Below, one piece after another: positions 34,901-46,981 of a stretch of 64,000 nucleotides of DNA. A model generated the notes under the pieces. That model had not been told where the DNA came from. It ran no database searches and was given only the letters and a program-made list of their open reading frames with translations. Source of the DNA: Cyanophora paradoxa CCMP329 (taxonomy: Eukaryota > Plantae > Glaucophyta); contig QPMI01000495.1 of the NCBI GenBank assembly GCA_004431415.1, positions 1 to 64,000 of the forward strand, in the 5' to 3' direction. A program made the translations under genes and the position numbers. Numbering within the stretch: the first letter of the stretch is position 1; each line of letters starts with the position of its first letter.

Positions 34901-37900
34901 GCGGGCGGGGCCCGGGGCCGGGGGTGCAGCTCTTCCTGGTGGCGGTGCTGGAGGAGCTCTCCGCGGCGAGCGTCCACGCCCGCCTCGACGACGACCTCGC
35001 CAGGGCCCGCCTAAAAATAGATCCGCGCCCTCCCTTAGGGCCGCTCAGGCGCGCGGGGTCAGATGCTGGCGTGCGAGGGGCCCGTCGAGCTCTACCGCCT
35101 CATCCTCCGCCGCCTCGCCGCCCGCCACGGGCGAGACCTCGCGCGCCCCGCCCCGCCCCGCCCCCGCGAGCCCGCCGGCCCCGCCCGCCTGACGCCTCCC
35201 CCCCGCACAGGTGCAGGACGCGGCCTGCGCGGTCGCCTGCACCCGCCACGGCATCGCCGAGGTCCGGATCCGCCCCGCCCGCTCCAGCCCGCCCCGCAAA
35301 CGCGAGCGACGGCGCAGGCGGAGCTCGTGGGGTTCCTCCACGTCGACGCCCCCGGGGGGCCCCCCAACGTGCGCCCCCAACGGAAAAGCGTCGTCGCCCC
35401 GGCCTGCTGACCTGGCCCGCCCTGCCCCGCCCCGCGCAGCTGGAGTGGTGCTTCCTCTGGCAAGAGTTCCTGCCCCTCGTCGTCAACCGCCGTCCGCCCG
35501 CCCTCTCTCACGGCGCCGGGGCTCGCGCTCACCGCTTCCCGGGGCCCGGCGCAGAGAGCTTGTACAGCTTCACGCACCGCTGCACCCAGGAGGCCTGCCC
35601 TCCGCTCCCGCCCACCGGCTAGCTCGGTCCCGCCTACCGGGCTAGCTGAGACATCCCCTAGAATGTCTAAGTCTTGAGGCTTTGGATGGACCGCCCGCCG
35701 GCTCCGGACCCTCTTGATCTAGCAGGCCCCGCCCCGGCGGGACTGAGGGCGGCGCAGGCGGTCGAGCGGGAGTTCGGCGTCGACCCTAACCCCGCGGCCG
35801 GCCCCTCCGAGTTCCACGGCCGCCTCGGTCCGCCCCCGCCCCCGCCTGCAGTCCTGCCTCTATCTTTCGGACCGCTTCTCGCTGAGCCGCCCGCGTGCCC
35901 TTTCGATCCGCAGGCGAGTTCTTCGCGGGGCACGAGAACGCGGGGCGGATGGCGGAGGAGGCGCCGTGGGCGCTGGCGCGGGCGGGGCGGGGCCGCCTGG
36001 GCGCCCTGGCGGCGGCGATGTGCCAGCCCGAGATCCTCAACCGCCTCGACCCGTGCGCGGCCCTTCGCGATCGCTGGAGCGGGCTGCCAGTGGAGATGCG
36101 GGCTGCGTGCGGGGAATCGACCCAGCGGCCTCGGGCAGGTACGAGGCGGCGCGGGTGTGGCGCCTTGCCGGCGCCGAGGAGGAGGCCGCCGCACGGTGCG
36201 CCCCGCCCGCTACCGCACGCGCGGATCAATTCCGCAGAACCGCTAAATCTTGACGGGGCGGCCCGGCCGCGCGGCAGGTACGGGGAGGGCCTGGGGCTGC
36301 GCGGGGCCCCGGGCGGGGCTTCGCCGGCGGACCCGGCGGCGCTGGAAGTCGCCGGGGCCGTCCTCGACGCCCTCGGCCGGCCCCGCGCCGCCCTCCCCTT
36401 CCTCCAGGTCCCTGAGCGTCGGGCGCGGAGCGCGGAGGGCGCCCTGACCTCGGGGCGGGGCGCGCAGGAGGCGCTGCGGCTGCGGCGGGCGGCGGCGGGG
36501 GGCCCCGGGGCGGAGGACGCGGGGACGGCCGCCGCCGCCAGCGACCTCGCCGAGCTCTACAGGCGCGCCCGCTCATGCGCGGCTGCTCCTTAAGATCTAA
36601 GCGAGCTCTTGCCTTCGTCCCTGCTCTAGCCGTGCCATAGCGCTCGAGTCCTCGCCGACGTTTCTCCTCCCGAGGTAGCGCCGCGTCGGCCCCGGGCGCG
36701 GCTGACGCGCGCGGGGCGCAGGAAGGCGGAGGACTACGAGGCGGCCGAGGCCCTCTACAAGGCCCGCCCCCGCCCCCGCGCCCGGGCCCGCCGAGCTGCC
36801 CCTCTCAGCCCCTCCGACCCCGCAGGAGGCGCTGGGGACGATGCGGCGCGTGCTGGGGCCCGAGGACCCCACAACCGCCTCTGTCGCCCAGGCCCGCCCC
36901 ACATCCCCGCCCATCGCCCCGCCCCCGCGCCCCCGCGAGCGGCGCGCAGAACTACGGGGCGATGCTGCGGATGCGGGGGGAGGCGGGGGCGGGGCGGCCG
37001 CTGCTCGAGGAGGCCCTCCGCGTCTACCGCGCCGCCCTCGGCGACCTCCACCCCGTGCGCCGCCCGCCTTAGCGCCTGATCTGAGCCCACCAACGCCTGC
37101 GTTGACGCCGGCCCGCCGCCTCGGGCGCAGCACACGGGGGCGGCGGCGGGGAACCTGGCGGGGGCGCTCGAGGACCTCGGCGAGCGCGCCGCCGCGAGAC
37201 CCCTCTACCAGGCCCCCGCCCCCTCCTAGCGTCCCCCCCACCCCGCGGGCCGGGCCGCTCACGCCCCCGCAGGAGGCGCTGGAGATCCGGCGGCGCGCCC
37301 TCGGCCACGACCACCCCGTGCTCCCCTTCCCCGCCCGCCCTCGGCTGCGGCCGGGCGGCTGCTCGATCTCACCGGGCGGCGGGGCGGGCGGGGCGGCAGG
37401 AGACGGGGACGGCGGCGGAGAACCTGGGCTCCTTCCTCGTCGCGGGGGGCGACCTCGAGGCCGGCGTACCCCTCCTCGAGGCCCGCCCCGCCCCCGGCCC
37501 GGTGGCTCCTTAGGCCTTCGCTTACGCTGCGGGGCGCAGGAGGCGGTGCGGGTGAAGCGGGGGGCGCTGGGGCCCTCCCACCCCGAGCTCGCCAGCGCTC
37601 TCGTGGTGCGGCCCCGGAGGGAAAGAAGGGGGGTGCGAGGCAGGGCCTGACCGGTCCCGGGGCGGCAGTGCCTGGGGTACGCGCGGCAGCAGGCGGAGCA
37701 GTTCCAGGCGGCCCGCGAGCTCTACCAGGTCCCGCCCTCGCTCTTGTTTTCTTCTTCCCCTCGCCCCACGCCCTCCGGCCGGGCAGGAGGCGCTGGAGAT
37801 CCGGCGGGGGGCGCTGGGCGCCGGGCACCCGATCGCGAGCGTCGCCGACGTCGCCCACCGCCTCGGCCAGGCGCGCCCTCGCTCCGCACCCTCGTCGCTC

Positions 37901-38189
37901 CGGATCTAGACCTCTGGGACCTAGGCCTCCGTGAGTGGCGCCCTGATCCGTCCGCCCTGATCGCGGCGGGGCGGCAGGTGTGCGACCGGATGGCCGACTG
38001 GGAGGACGCCCAGAAGCTCTACGAGGTGCCGTCGTCCCCTTCCGCAGTTGATGTGGGGTCGGATCATCGCGCTCATGGCCCATGGGACGCTGCGCGCAGG
38101 AGGCGGCGCAGGCGTACGAGGCGGCGGGGGACCCGCGGGCGGAGGGCGCCCGGGCCGACCTCGCCGCCGTCACCGAGTTCCTCTCGTAG
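31957..38189 (+). CDS. DUF4062-NACHT/STAND ATPase-TPR protein (NPHP3/TEP1/NWD-like), N-terminally acylated
   Basis: MGCCNS start; VRVFLSSTF|..DMQAERD..LRWGIT..CLREVERS..ARYGW (DUF4062); Walker A GPNGCGKS (~33708-33731); Walker B VLVIDGVDQV (~34262); about 6 kinesin-light-chain-type TPRs (EALEIRRRALGHDHP); stop 38187-38189. Confidence 0.9.
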
Positions 38190-39061
38190 CCCTCTTAGCC
38201 CGCCTTCGCCCATCCGCACGGCGCGGCTATAAGCGTGTACGGCCTTCTTCGTCTAAGTCCTTCTGATCCGCAGCCTCTCATAATGAATCCGCAGCCGTTT
38301 CCTGTTCTACTAGAGTCACAGCCGACCCTGTTCTCTCGGTAGCCCTCGTAGCCGCCCTCACGATCATGATCAGGCCTCCGCGCAGGGCGCGGCTATAAGA
38401 ATGTACAGCCTTTGATTTCTTCTGACCCGTAGCCTCTGTTCCTCTCCATCTTCACTTTTCTAGAGTCACAGTCTGCGTTTCTCGCGTCCATGTGCAGCTT
38501 CGCGTCTTTCCCCTTTGATTTTTCGCGCCCATGTACAGCCCCTCCCCTTTCACAGTCCGAGTCTCGCCTCAGGCTGCATCATTTATATTTACGTGCCTGT
38601 ACAGTTTAGGTTTGCATGAATGGGAGAGCATAAATAGTTTCCATTAGTACTGATCATGATTTCAGCTGTAATCGATATCCGATGATCTGTTGTTGCGCGT
38701 CGCTGTGTTGGTTTATAATTAGCACATCTTTCAGTAATTTCTTTTTGAATTTATAATTAGGGACTCTTCATCTACCGTCTCGGGACTCCTTTAGGGACAG
38801 CGAAGAATTTCGAAATTCTTTAAGCCATCCCATCCCGGCCCCGGTAGGCCGGCCAGCCCCCGCGACTCCGGATCTGGCGCCGGCCGCGCCGGCTGGCGAA
38901 AATAGTGATCATGATAATTTGCAGTACTAGACGGTTTCGTACGTACTCGAAATCAATCCTAGATCTAGTTCTAGATATAAAATTCGAAAGATGCGCTCCC
39001 TTAAGCTTCACAAGATGGGCAATGGCCGCTGGGCCACGGAAATAAATGCGACGCACAATAG

Positions 39062-39836
39062 CTACGCGACAGCTGAGCCAGACCACCACGTGCTCCAGCC
39101 CGCTTTGACGAGCTCCAGCTGCCCGCGGAGCCGGGCGGTCAGGCACAACCGAAGTCTCGAAACCGCATGCATTCGAATTCGAGATCATGAGATAATCGCA
39201 CCCACGCAGTGACCTCCAGGCTCTTAAGCTTCGCGGAAGAGCCGGCGAAGGTCGGCGCATCGACATCGACATCGCCGGCCTCGCTGGCATCGAGCTCGAG
39301 CACGTCCGGATACTCCTCGAGCTCGCGGCGTACTTCTGCTCGACAAAGAAGTCGATGGAAGAAACTGAAGAAGCTCGCGATCATGAATATAACTTGCGCA
39401 CCGCAAGACGTGCACGTGGCTCGGCAAGGGTCTCTTCACGATCGCAGGACTCGGGCTCCTTGAGCTCCTCAAGGCCAGCGTAAGCTTTCTGCATCGTCCC
39501 GTCGTCGAAGCCGGTCACGAGCTCTTCGAAACCGGCCTTCTCGGCATATGCATCTTCGGCAGCCGTCTTGGCCTCGTCAAAGGCCTTCTCCGCCTCACTA
39601 GAACTCTCCGATTCCTCGTCTAGGAGCCGAGCATATTCCGCAAGAGCCATTTCCTTGTCTGTGCGGGTCTGCGCTGCGGCTGCAACCACCAGCGCTGCCG
39701 CGGCGCGGGTCCGTGCGACTTCGGCACGATTCCGTGCCTCCTCCGCGATTTCGAGAATCGCACTGGCCTTATCACGCCGCCAGCGCTTCAGCGTCTCGAA
39801 ATGTTGCGCATGCTGCCGAACATCTCCAGATTCCAT
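39062..39836 (-). CDS. Hypothetical acidic coiled-coil protein (2-3 exons)
   Basis: Helical A/E-rich ORF MESGDVRQHAQHFETLKRW.., with a likely last exon LCLTARLRGQLELVKAGWSTWWSGSAVA*. No family recognised. Confidence 0.5.
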
Positions 39837-40241
39837 CTAATCTGCAGATCGAAGAATAAGCTCTTCCGTTCCCGGGGCTGGGCGAATCTAAATTTGCGCG
39901 CGAAGCCCGCGAGGCCCGCGACACCCGCAAAAATTCGCAAAAGACCGCGAAAGCCCGGCACACCCGCGAAAATTCGCAAAAGACTTCGAAGGTCCCGACC
40001 CCTGGCGGAAAGGAAGGACTTGCGCACCTGCACGGATCGAATCCCTTCGCGCTCTCTGCTTCGAATTTCTCTTAAGCGTCTTTTCCTCTAGATCTTCCCC
40101 CCCCTTCTCGCCCCCCCCCTGCCCCCTCTTCTCGCCCGGCCCCCTTCTAGCAAAAGTTTCTCGCGATTCGATCCAAGCTCAAATTTAAATTCTCCCCCCC
40201 TCCTGATCTCGTCAGCTGCAGCTGCAGCCGCGAGGCAAGCG

Positions 40242-43200
40242 ATGCCCGACGCGCTGAGTGAACCGTTGCCGCCAGCAGCTTCGCCTGCTCTCGAGCTCGG
40301 TAATGGCGAGACATCCGCCTCCGCGGCCGGCCCGGGCGCCGGCCCGAGCTCGGCATCCATCAAACTTCCAGAAGGTTCTGCGGTGCAAGCGAGTCCGGAG
40401 GAAGGTTGCGGCTCCATCGTTCAGCTTTCTGGACGCGGCCTGCAGCGCCTGCCATTCTGGACTTTCGGCACCCATCCCGCTTCCGTGACGAGCCTGGACC
40501 TCTCCCGGAACGCGCTTTCATCGTTTCCGAACTTCTTCTCCTCCGGTACGGGCCCTCGCTTGCCCGACCGACGTCGACGCAAAACCGTTGCCGAGTGAGC
40601 GTTCGCAGGATTCAAGCACCTGCGCTCCCTTGTGCTGAGCCATAACAAGCTCAGCAACCCGCCGGAGTCGTTCTTCCGCCTCATTTCGCTGACGAATCTC
40701 GACCTGAGGTGCGAGGCCGTTTTTGCGCTCCCTTCGCTTGAGCGCTGCTCGCGCTGCTATATACCTGGGACCGCATGTTTCTTTCGCAGCTTCAACGAGA
40801 TCGGAGACCTCCCAGCGGCGCTCGGACGCCTCACCTCGCTCAGCAGCCTCAGCGTTCGCGGCAATCAAATCACGTACCTGACCTCAGCGGTGGGGCGGTG
40901 CCAGAGCCTCGTCCGCCTCGGTACGCGAAAATGAATTCGTTTCAAATGGCCTTTGAATGCGAGCGCTGTCTACTGATCATGACCGCACCTAGATCTGCGT
41001 GCGAATCGAATCATGAACCTCACTTCCGAGCTCGGAAAGTGCGTCTGCGTCCGCGGTCCCGTGCTTTGCGCCCAGGTCAGCAGATGCGTGCACGCCAGGT
41101 TGCCGAAGCTGTCGATTCTTCGCGTAGCGGGGAACCCCATATCATCACTGCCCACGGAGCTTCTGCGGAACTGTCCCGCTATCGCTCACAAGCTCCTCGG
41201 TTCGCCGGTCGCTCATCTAGATTTAGATCTGGACCGGAGATACGCGAGCCCGCCGCTGATCATGAGCTTCTATTCCAGACGATCTGCTTCCGATGGACGT
41301 GGGCGAGCAGATCGCCGTCTCCCGCCGCCGCCTTGCAGCGTCCTTCCGCGACGCGATGTCACAGGTTCGCGGAACCACAAAAATTGTATTCTTCAATCGG
41401 AACCTCTAAGACGCGCTCCTCGCAGCGAGCGCTGCTCGAGGCCGACGCCGCTGGGCTCCGTGACATGGTCCGCGAAGCTCGCGGCCTCCTCGACGAGGCG
41501 AACGAGGTGCCCATTCGGCATTCATGATCACCAGAAAATGCGGGTGCAAATTAAAGCTAACAACTCACGCTCAGGAGAACGAACGGCTCCGCCAATCTGC
41601 CGCGCGGATCGAGGAAGAGGCCGAAAGCGGGCGGGGCGAGCTGGGACGGGCCCTGGACTCAGTTTCGCGCCTCGCTTCCAATCTGCGAAAGGTGCGCGAA
41701 ACTCCGCAGTACAGTGTCAAATAAAGCGCGAATCGATTTAACCGACACGCGGCAGGCCGAGGAGGAGCTTCGGGAGTCTACGGATCGCGCCTCGAATTTC
41801 GCGAGGCAGATCGAGGAGCTCGAGCGCCGGGCGGCACTCGCCACGGTGCGCGAAATGTGTTTTTCGCAGCCGAATCCTTGCGCTTACGCTCGCAAATTTC
41901 GCGCAGCGCGCGGCGGCGGCCCAGGCGGAAGACGCGAACCCCGCCCCGACGGGGCGCGTCGCCCTTGTCTTCACCGACATCCAGTGCCCGCTCTGCTTTC
42001 TCCACTCTGGCTTGAGCTTCGGTTTGATCATGAGTCCCTCTGCAGGGGCTCGACGTCGCTCTGGGACGCCGACCCCGAGGTCTGCTTTAGTTTATTTCAA
42101 AGGTGGCCGCAACCGCGTGCTGACCAGAGCCCGCAGATGATGGCCGAGGCCCTGCGCGAGCACAACCGCATCCTGGTTCGATCCGCCACGCCCGCACGCG
42201 CCGGTCGTCGCGGTCTGGTTGCCGCTGATCATGACCGACCCTATTTCGCAGCGCGAGTGCATCCGCAGCGCCCGTGGGTTTGAGGTGCGATTCGCCGCAA
42301 CTGGAATTCGAATCCAGCCGGCGCCGCCCGCTCGCAGTTCAATTCGATTGAACCTCGCGCAGGTGAAGACGGAGGGGGACGCCTTCATGGTGGCCTTCCC
42401 CACGGCCCGCGATGCGCTCGCCTTCTGCCTCCGCGCCCAGGTCCGCGCCCCTCCCAAAGCTTAAAATGTAAATACAGAGAGTGAATATGGACGGAATCGC
42501 AGGCGGGGCTGGTGCGCGGGGCGTGGCCCGAGGCGCTGCTCGGGCGGCGGGAGACGGCGGTCGAGCGGGACGCGCGCGGCGATACCATCTACCGCGGCCT
42601 CCGCATCCGCGCCGGCATCCACGTCGGTCCGCTGTCTTAAAATATTGCTCCGCATTAGTTATTCCGCTGGAAGTTATCATGCAATGCTTAATGTTTTCGC
42701 AGGCTCCCCGCGCTGCGAGGTGGACCCCGTTCTTCACCGAATGGACTACTTCGGACCCGTGCGCTTCGGACCACTACGAGAGAAATTGCCTATATCTGGA
42801 CGAGTCCAAATTTAAACTCTGACTGCTTTCGTGCAGATGGTCAACAAGGCGGCGCGCGTCTCCGGCTGCGCCTACGGCGGCCAGGTGCACGCGCCGCGCT
42901 TCATTTCTTCCTCCGCTGCGCTAAATGTTTCGCAGACGGTGCTCTCGGCCGCCGCCCACGGCGCCATCTGGGGCCCCGAGGCCGCCGAGGGCGGCGCGGA
43001 GGCTCCGGATTCGGAGGCGTGTGCGTGCGAGGAGGTGCGTGAGGCGGTAGTGGCGCCCGTCGGGCAGGTCGCCCTCAAGGGCATCGACGCCCCCGAGTTC
43101 CTCTACCACGTGCGCAATTTCAATGCGCGATTTCAGCACCCGAGAAGAGCTTCTGAGGATACGGCTCTGATGCGGTTTCGCAGGCGCTGCCCCCATCACT

Positions 43201-46200
43201 GGCGGGCCGCGCCTTCCCCGCGCCCCGCGCCGCCGACAACCAGAAAGAGCTTCTCTCCCAGCAGGCAGCCGCACGCTTTCTCGCTCGGAGCTCTTGCACG
43301 GAACAATACGTAACTTTGACGCGGCGCAGCTGGAGGAGCTGCGAGCGGCGAACGCGGCGCTGACGAGCGAGCTCGGGCGCCTCTCCAGCGACATCGTCGC
43401 CGCCCGCCGCACCGCCGAGGACCTCCAGGCGCCCCTCCCCGCCTCACCTCGACCGCAATTATATTCGACTTCGTTTGACTTCTTTCGGTTGTAACAGGGC
43501 CGTCTCTTCCACCTTCGCGCGAGTCCCGGCCCCACCGCTTTGATTTCCTTCCGCGCCTGATCGTGAGCGCTGCCACGCCGCGCTCCTTCGCCCCGCAGCG
43601 GCGGCGGGTGAGCGACGCGGGGGACACGGAGGTGGAGCGCATCCTCGCCGACGCCACCTTCCAGGCGCGCCATCGAAATAGAATTAAAATATACAGAAGT
43701 GCTCTCGTGCAAATTAAAAGCAGTTGCTAGTGCAAAAGTCCTGCGAAAAACACCAAAGGATCGTTAGCGTCAAATTTCGCGGAACATCACTGACGCGGGG
43801 CTCTCGGGCGGGGGCAGGTGGAGTCGCTGCGGGGCCAGCTGGACTCGCTGCGGCGGGAGGTGGACGCGGGGCGCAGCTCGACGCTCGCCCTCGCCGACCA
43901 CCAGCGCGCCCTCGAGGACGGCCTCGTCGCCACCCTCCGCGTCCGCCTTCGAATCAATCATTCGGGCTTCCAATTTATACCCTTGCGTATTTAAACATTC
44001 GCTTTCCTTCAGGGTCAGATGGAGGGCCTGGAGAGCGAGAACAGCCGCCTGGAGGCGGCGCTCGCGCAGGCCGGCGCCAACGCCGCCGCGGCCGCCGCCG
44101 AGCGCGAGGAGGCCCTCGCGGCCCTCGAGGCCCGCCGCGCCGAGGTGCGCCCCCAACAAAGACTTGGCGTACGCATGGATTTCGCGGCTTTGAGCGCTTC
44201 GCATGCGCCCAGGTGGCGTGCGAGGCGGAGCGGATGCGCGCGGAGCTCGCGGCGGCGACGGCCGAGCGCCAGGCCTCTGGTGCGCTTCGCGAAATTCTTG
44301 ATCAAACGGAATCGGATACTGATTTCGCTCGCAGAGTCCGAGCTGGCGCGGCTGGCGGAGGAGGTGGCCGGGGCCGCGCGGGCCAGGGCGCCGCGCTGGA
44401 GGCGCTGCGCGGGCGGCGGGTGCCGCCGGCGAGCTCCGCCGCGCCGTCGACGAGGCCGACGCCCAGCGCCGCTCCCTCGCCCTCGAGGTCGGCCTTCTAA
44501 TTTAACTTCTTCCATTAAACAAAATTCTTCACTCATTGATATTACGCCGCAACCTCAGGCGGGGCGGCTGGAGGAGACGCTGGGGGCGGCAGAGGGCCGC
44601 CTGGCGGAGGCGGAGGGGGCCCTCCGCGCGGCCGCGGGGGAGGCCGCCTGCCTCCGCGCCGCCGTCGCCGACCTCGCCGGTGCGAAAAGCCAAAGCGTGA
44701 TTAAATTACGCTTCTTGCTTTTACGCTTTAAAATCTCCTGGCTCGCATAATTTCTACTGCGCGCAGGGGCGCTGGAGGTGGCGCGCTGCGAGCTGCGCGC
44801 GGCGCTGGCGGCGGCGGAGGCCGGCCGCTTGCGCGCCGACGGCGCCGAGGCGCATGTCGCCGAGCAGCGCCGCGCCCTCGCCGCCCTCTCCGCCCAGGTG
44901 CGCAGCCGCACCGGGGCGCGAAACCCGCCCCTGAAAACTATTCTAGCCGCTATTATATACGTGTGATCGATACTCGGAGCTGATGCCTGTTCTCTGCAGA
45001 AAGCAGCGGCGGAGTGCGAGATCGCCGGCCTCCGCGCCGCCCTCGGGGCCGCCGAGGAGGGCGCCGCACAGGCGGAGCTCGAGGCCGGCGCCCGCCTCGC
45101 CGGCCTGCAGGACGAGGTGCGCGCGAAAAGCGGATTTCGCGGGGCGGGCCCTTCCCCTTTTTCGTTTTCGCGGTGCTGCCATAGATCGTATGCGAAGAGT
45201 TCTCGAACCAGACCGATTATCGCCGAGCTGGTATACGGGCTAAACTTCCTCGCGCCATCTCAGAGCCTGATCATGAGATCGCATTCAGAGCGCCGAGCCT
45301 GACTCCGATGCGCGCAGCTGGCGGAGGCGCTGGAGGCGCAGGGGGCGCTGGAGCGGTCGGAGGCGGCCCTCCGCGCGCGCCTCGCCGCCGCCACCGACGC
45401 TGCGACCGCCGCCGCCGCCGCCGCTGCCGCCGCTGCCGCCGTGCGCTCTGATTCCTGTCTCTCAGATCTAGAACTGACCCGCGAAATTCGTTTTTCGCGC
45501 GCGGCAGAGCGCGGGCGCGGGCCGCGCGGAGCGGGCCTCGCCGGACGAGGCGGAGCTCGCGCGGGCGCGGCACCGCCTCCTCGCCGCCGGCAAGCGGGTC
45601 AGCATCTAATTCTACGCTGAGCCGCGAAAAAGTATATTTTAAAATGCCCGCACCGCACCGGACCGCAGATCGAGGCGCTGTCGGCGCGCGCCGCGGCGGC
45701 GGAGACCGTCGCGGCGCTGCCGCCGGAGCGGCACGAGCTGCGCCGCGCCGTCACCGCGCGCCTCAAGCTCGCCGCCGCCGTCCACTCGGCCCTCGCCGAC
45801 CTCGCCCGCTCCGCCGGCGCCACGGGCCCCGCCCCGTACCCCGCCCTGTCCGAGGCCTGCACGCCGCGCTCCCCGCAGCAATCGCCGCTCCCGTACCCGT
45901 ACGCGTCGGCGCCGGCCTCGGCGCTGGGGCGGCGCCGCTCGAGCGTCGGGTCGGCGGAGGGTCTGCAGCTGCAGCTCGCCTCGAACCCCTTCTCGCCGCT
46001 GCTGCCGCTGGACCCGCCCACCGTCGCCCCGAGCCCGGCGACGCCCTTCGAGCTCGGCCTCGCCACGCCCCGGCCCCGCTCGCGGTCGGCCTCCGTCTCC
46101 GAGCTCGCGATCACGCCCCGCACGCCCTCCGCGGGCGGCCTGTCCATGGGTCCCCTCGCCCGCCGCGGGAGCCTCTTCGCCTCCCCGGAGGCCTCGCCGC

Positions 46201-46714
46201 CGGCCGCGGCCCTCGCCCGCCGCGGCTCCGGCGCCAGCGGCAGCGACGCGTGCGCTGCTAATTCTAACGTTACTCGCATTTGCTGCGAAGAAGTCGGCTG
46301 ATCGCGAGAATTCCGCACAGGGACGGCCTCGGCCCGGCGCCCTTCGGCTCCTCGTTCCGCCTCGCGCGCCCGGCGCCGAGCGGCCCGGCCGTCATCCCCG
46401 TCCACCAGGTACCACTGAGCATTCGCCAGTCGAGGCCCTAATTTGCAGATACTCCAATTTGCGCATGCCGAGTCTCACGCCTCTCGTCGCAGGCGGTAGC
46501 GGCGGTGGCGGCGGTGCTGCAGCGCCACCTGACGGCCGCCGAGCGCCTGCACCTGGGTATCCCCTCCGGCCCCGCCGGACCCGCCCAGCCGCCGCCCTCT
46601 TCCCTCGGGACCCCCGCCAAGCTCAAGGTCAGTTGCAAGCCCAAGTCCAAGGCCTCGACGCCGGCGGCGACGCCCAAGGCCCCCCGGCAGCCCCTCCGGG
46701 CTCTCAACCAGTAA
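40242..46714 (+). CDS. LRR + class III adenylyl cyclase + long coiled-coil protein (soluble, multi-exon)
   Basis: About 6 LRRs (VTSLDLSRNALSSFP, LRSLVLSHNKLSNPP, LSSLSVRGNQITYLT, LSILRVAGNPISSLP); cyclase motifs PTGRVALVFTDIQ|GSTSLWD, VKTEGDAFMVAF, GLRIRAGIH, RMDYFGP|MVNKAARV and LKGI (~41940-43110); A/E/R coiled coil at 43300-45800; stop 46712-46714. Confidence 0.9.
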
Positions 46715-46981
46715 CAGCCCTGATCATGAAAGGAACTCGCCGGAGAGGAGATAGTCACCGTACCTCTCCAATTTCTACCAAACCATGCAATTTGTACCTG
46801 CCAGTACCATTCAATGATTTCTGAAATTCCTCCCCGAAATATATAATTCGCGACGCAAAATTTCTCGCGCGAGGGGCCCCTCGGATGGCCACATGCACGC
46901 ATTCTCCTGAGCTCCGAATACCGCATGCTACCGCATATATACTGAGCTTGAATTTCCGTCCACTTTCTGTCCGCGATGCAT

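Noticed and set aside
38187-38475. Degenerate ~150-bp duplication downstream of the NACHT-TPR stop (GGCGCGGCTATAAG and CTAGAGTCACAG each occur twice)
   Set aside because: Looks like an ordinary old local duplication in a 3' UTR.
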